Below, piece by piece: positions 63,255 to 64,000 of a DNA stretch of 64,000 nucleotides (position 1 is the stretch's first letter; each line of letters opens with the position of its first letter). Both the position numbers and the translations under genes were made by a program. Below the pieces are notes generated by a model that saw only the letters and a list, made by a program, of their open reading frames with translations, was not told where the DNA came from and ran no database searches. The DNA comes from Takakia lepidozioides (lineage: Eukaryota; Plantae; Bryophyta): assembly GCA_030704615.1 (NCBI GenBank), contig CM060733.1:32922001-32986000 (forward strand), given 5' to 3'.

Positions 63255-64000
63255 CACCAGAGGTAATTACATTTCAGCGCAGACCAAACCGAAATTGCCA
63301 AATTGACCCTCATCCGGCTTGAGTCCAACAGGCCATAACCCAGTGAAATTCACTCTCTTATGAAATTAGGAAGCTACCCATCAACCTGAAAGCCTCATTC
63401 AGGAGTCGCAAAGTCCCCCAAATGCATTCCACAGTTGGTTCCTTTCCGGGAACATAGTTTGCCATCTTAACACTGGAGGCAAAACGTGAAAATAGACTGG
63501 CAAAATATAGAATGGATAGGCTGAGGGCTAGTGCTCCGCTCTCAACTTTAAGTTCACACTCTCTCAAAAACACAGCCCCTCAGAAGAATCGGGACAGTCA
63601 ACCCTTCACTGCCAAGATTTCATAGGCAGAATATGATTACCAGGGAATCTGCTATGCAGCACCCATTGCTCCCATCCAACACAGAATCCAGTAATTCAGG
63701 AGGTTATGGAGTGAAGTCCCTCCCCAGTGCATGAGACTTTCAACACTGAAAACAGGTGCGCCTCGTGAGGGTGGATAAACAAGCATTAAGTCGCAAAGAC
63801 TACAGGAGAGCACACCTATTTGGAGGAGGCGGGAGGTAACCAAGGGACAAGAGGACCCAGAGCCCGGCTTGGGTTCCCCTTGGCGGAAGAAGGAACAGAA
63901 TGCTTCGGTTCGACAGCTCAAATTTGCGCACCAATACCATATGGCAAGCCCTATCCTCTGTCGTCTATAAAATTAATTAGCCACTGACAAGTATTCCATG

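Overview
Eukaryotic nuclear DNA from a land plant, probably a non-seed plant (inferred from the transposon types; not certain). Seven intron-containing host genes can be read: cytosolic HSP70 (-), SUMO-activating enzyme subunit SAE1 (+), a GH17/X8 beta-1,3-glucanase (-), WEE1 kinase (+), an IMPACT/RWD-YigZ protein (+), a soluble epoxide hydrolase (-) and a SINE1-like ARM-repeat KASH nuclear-envelope protein (-, 5' end outside the window). There are two transposon-rich blocks. The first (1-6 kb) is a rearranged Ty3/gypsy element with inverted LTR segments. The second (~25-46 kb) holds a fold-back TIR element, a decayed Ty1/copia, a TTAA-flanked piggyBac-like MITE, an intact intronless F-box ORF, a Dualen/RandI-like non-LTR element, an L1/Tx1 LINE and a TA-flanked MITE. 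The best novelty candidate is the Dualen/RandI-like retroelement at ~36.85-40.77 kb. Its decayed ORF reads RT, then a PCIF1/CAPAM-like N6-adenine methyltransferase fold, then RNase H, a CCHC knuckle and a restriction-like endonuclease. Introns of several genes also carry stacked, very short RTEX-like LINE 3' tails that share a hairpin. All family calls come from motif recognition by eye; no searches were run.
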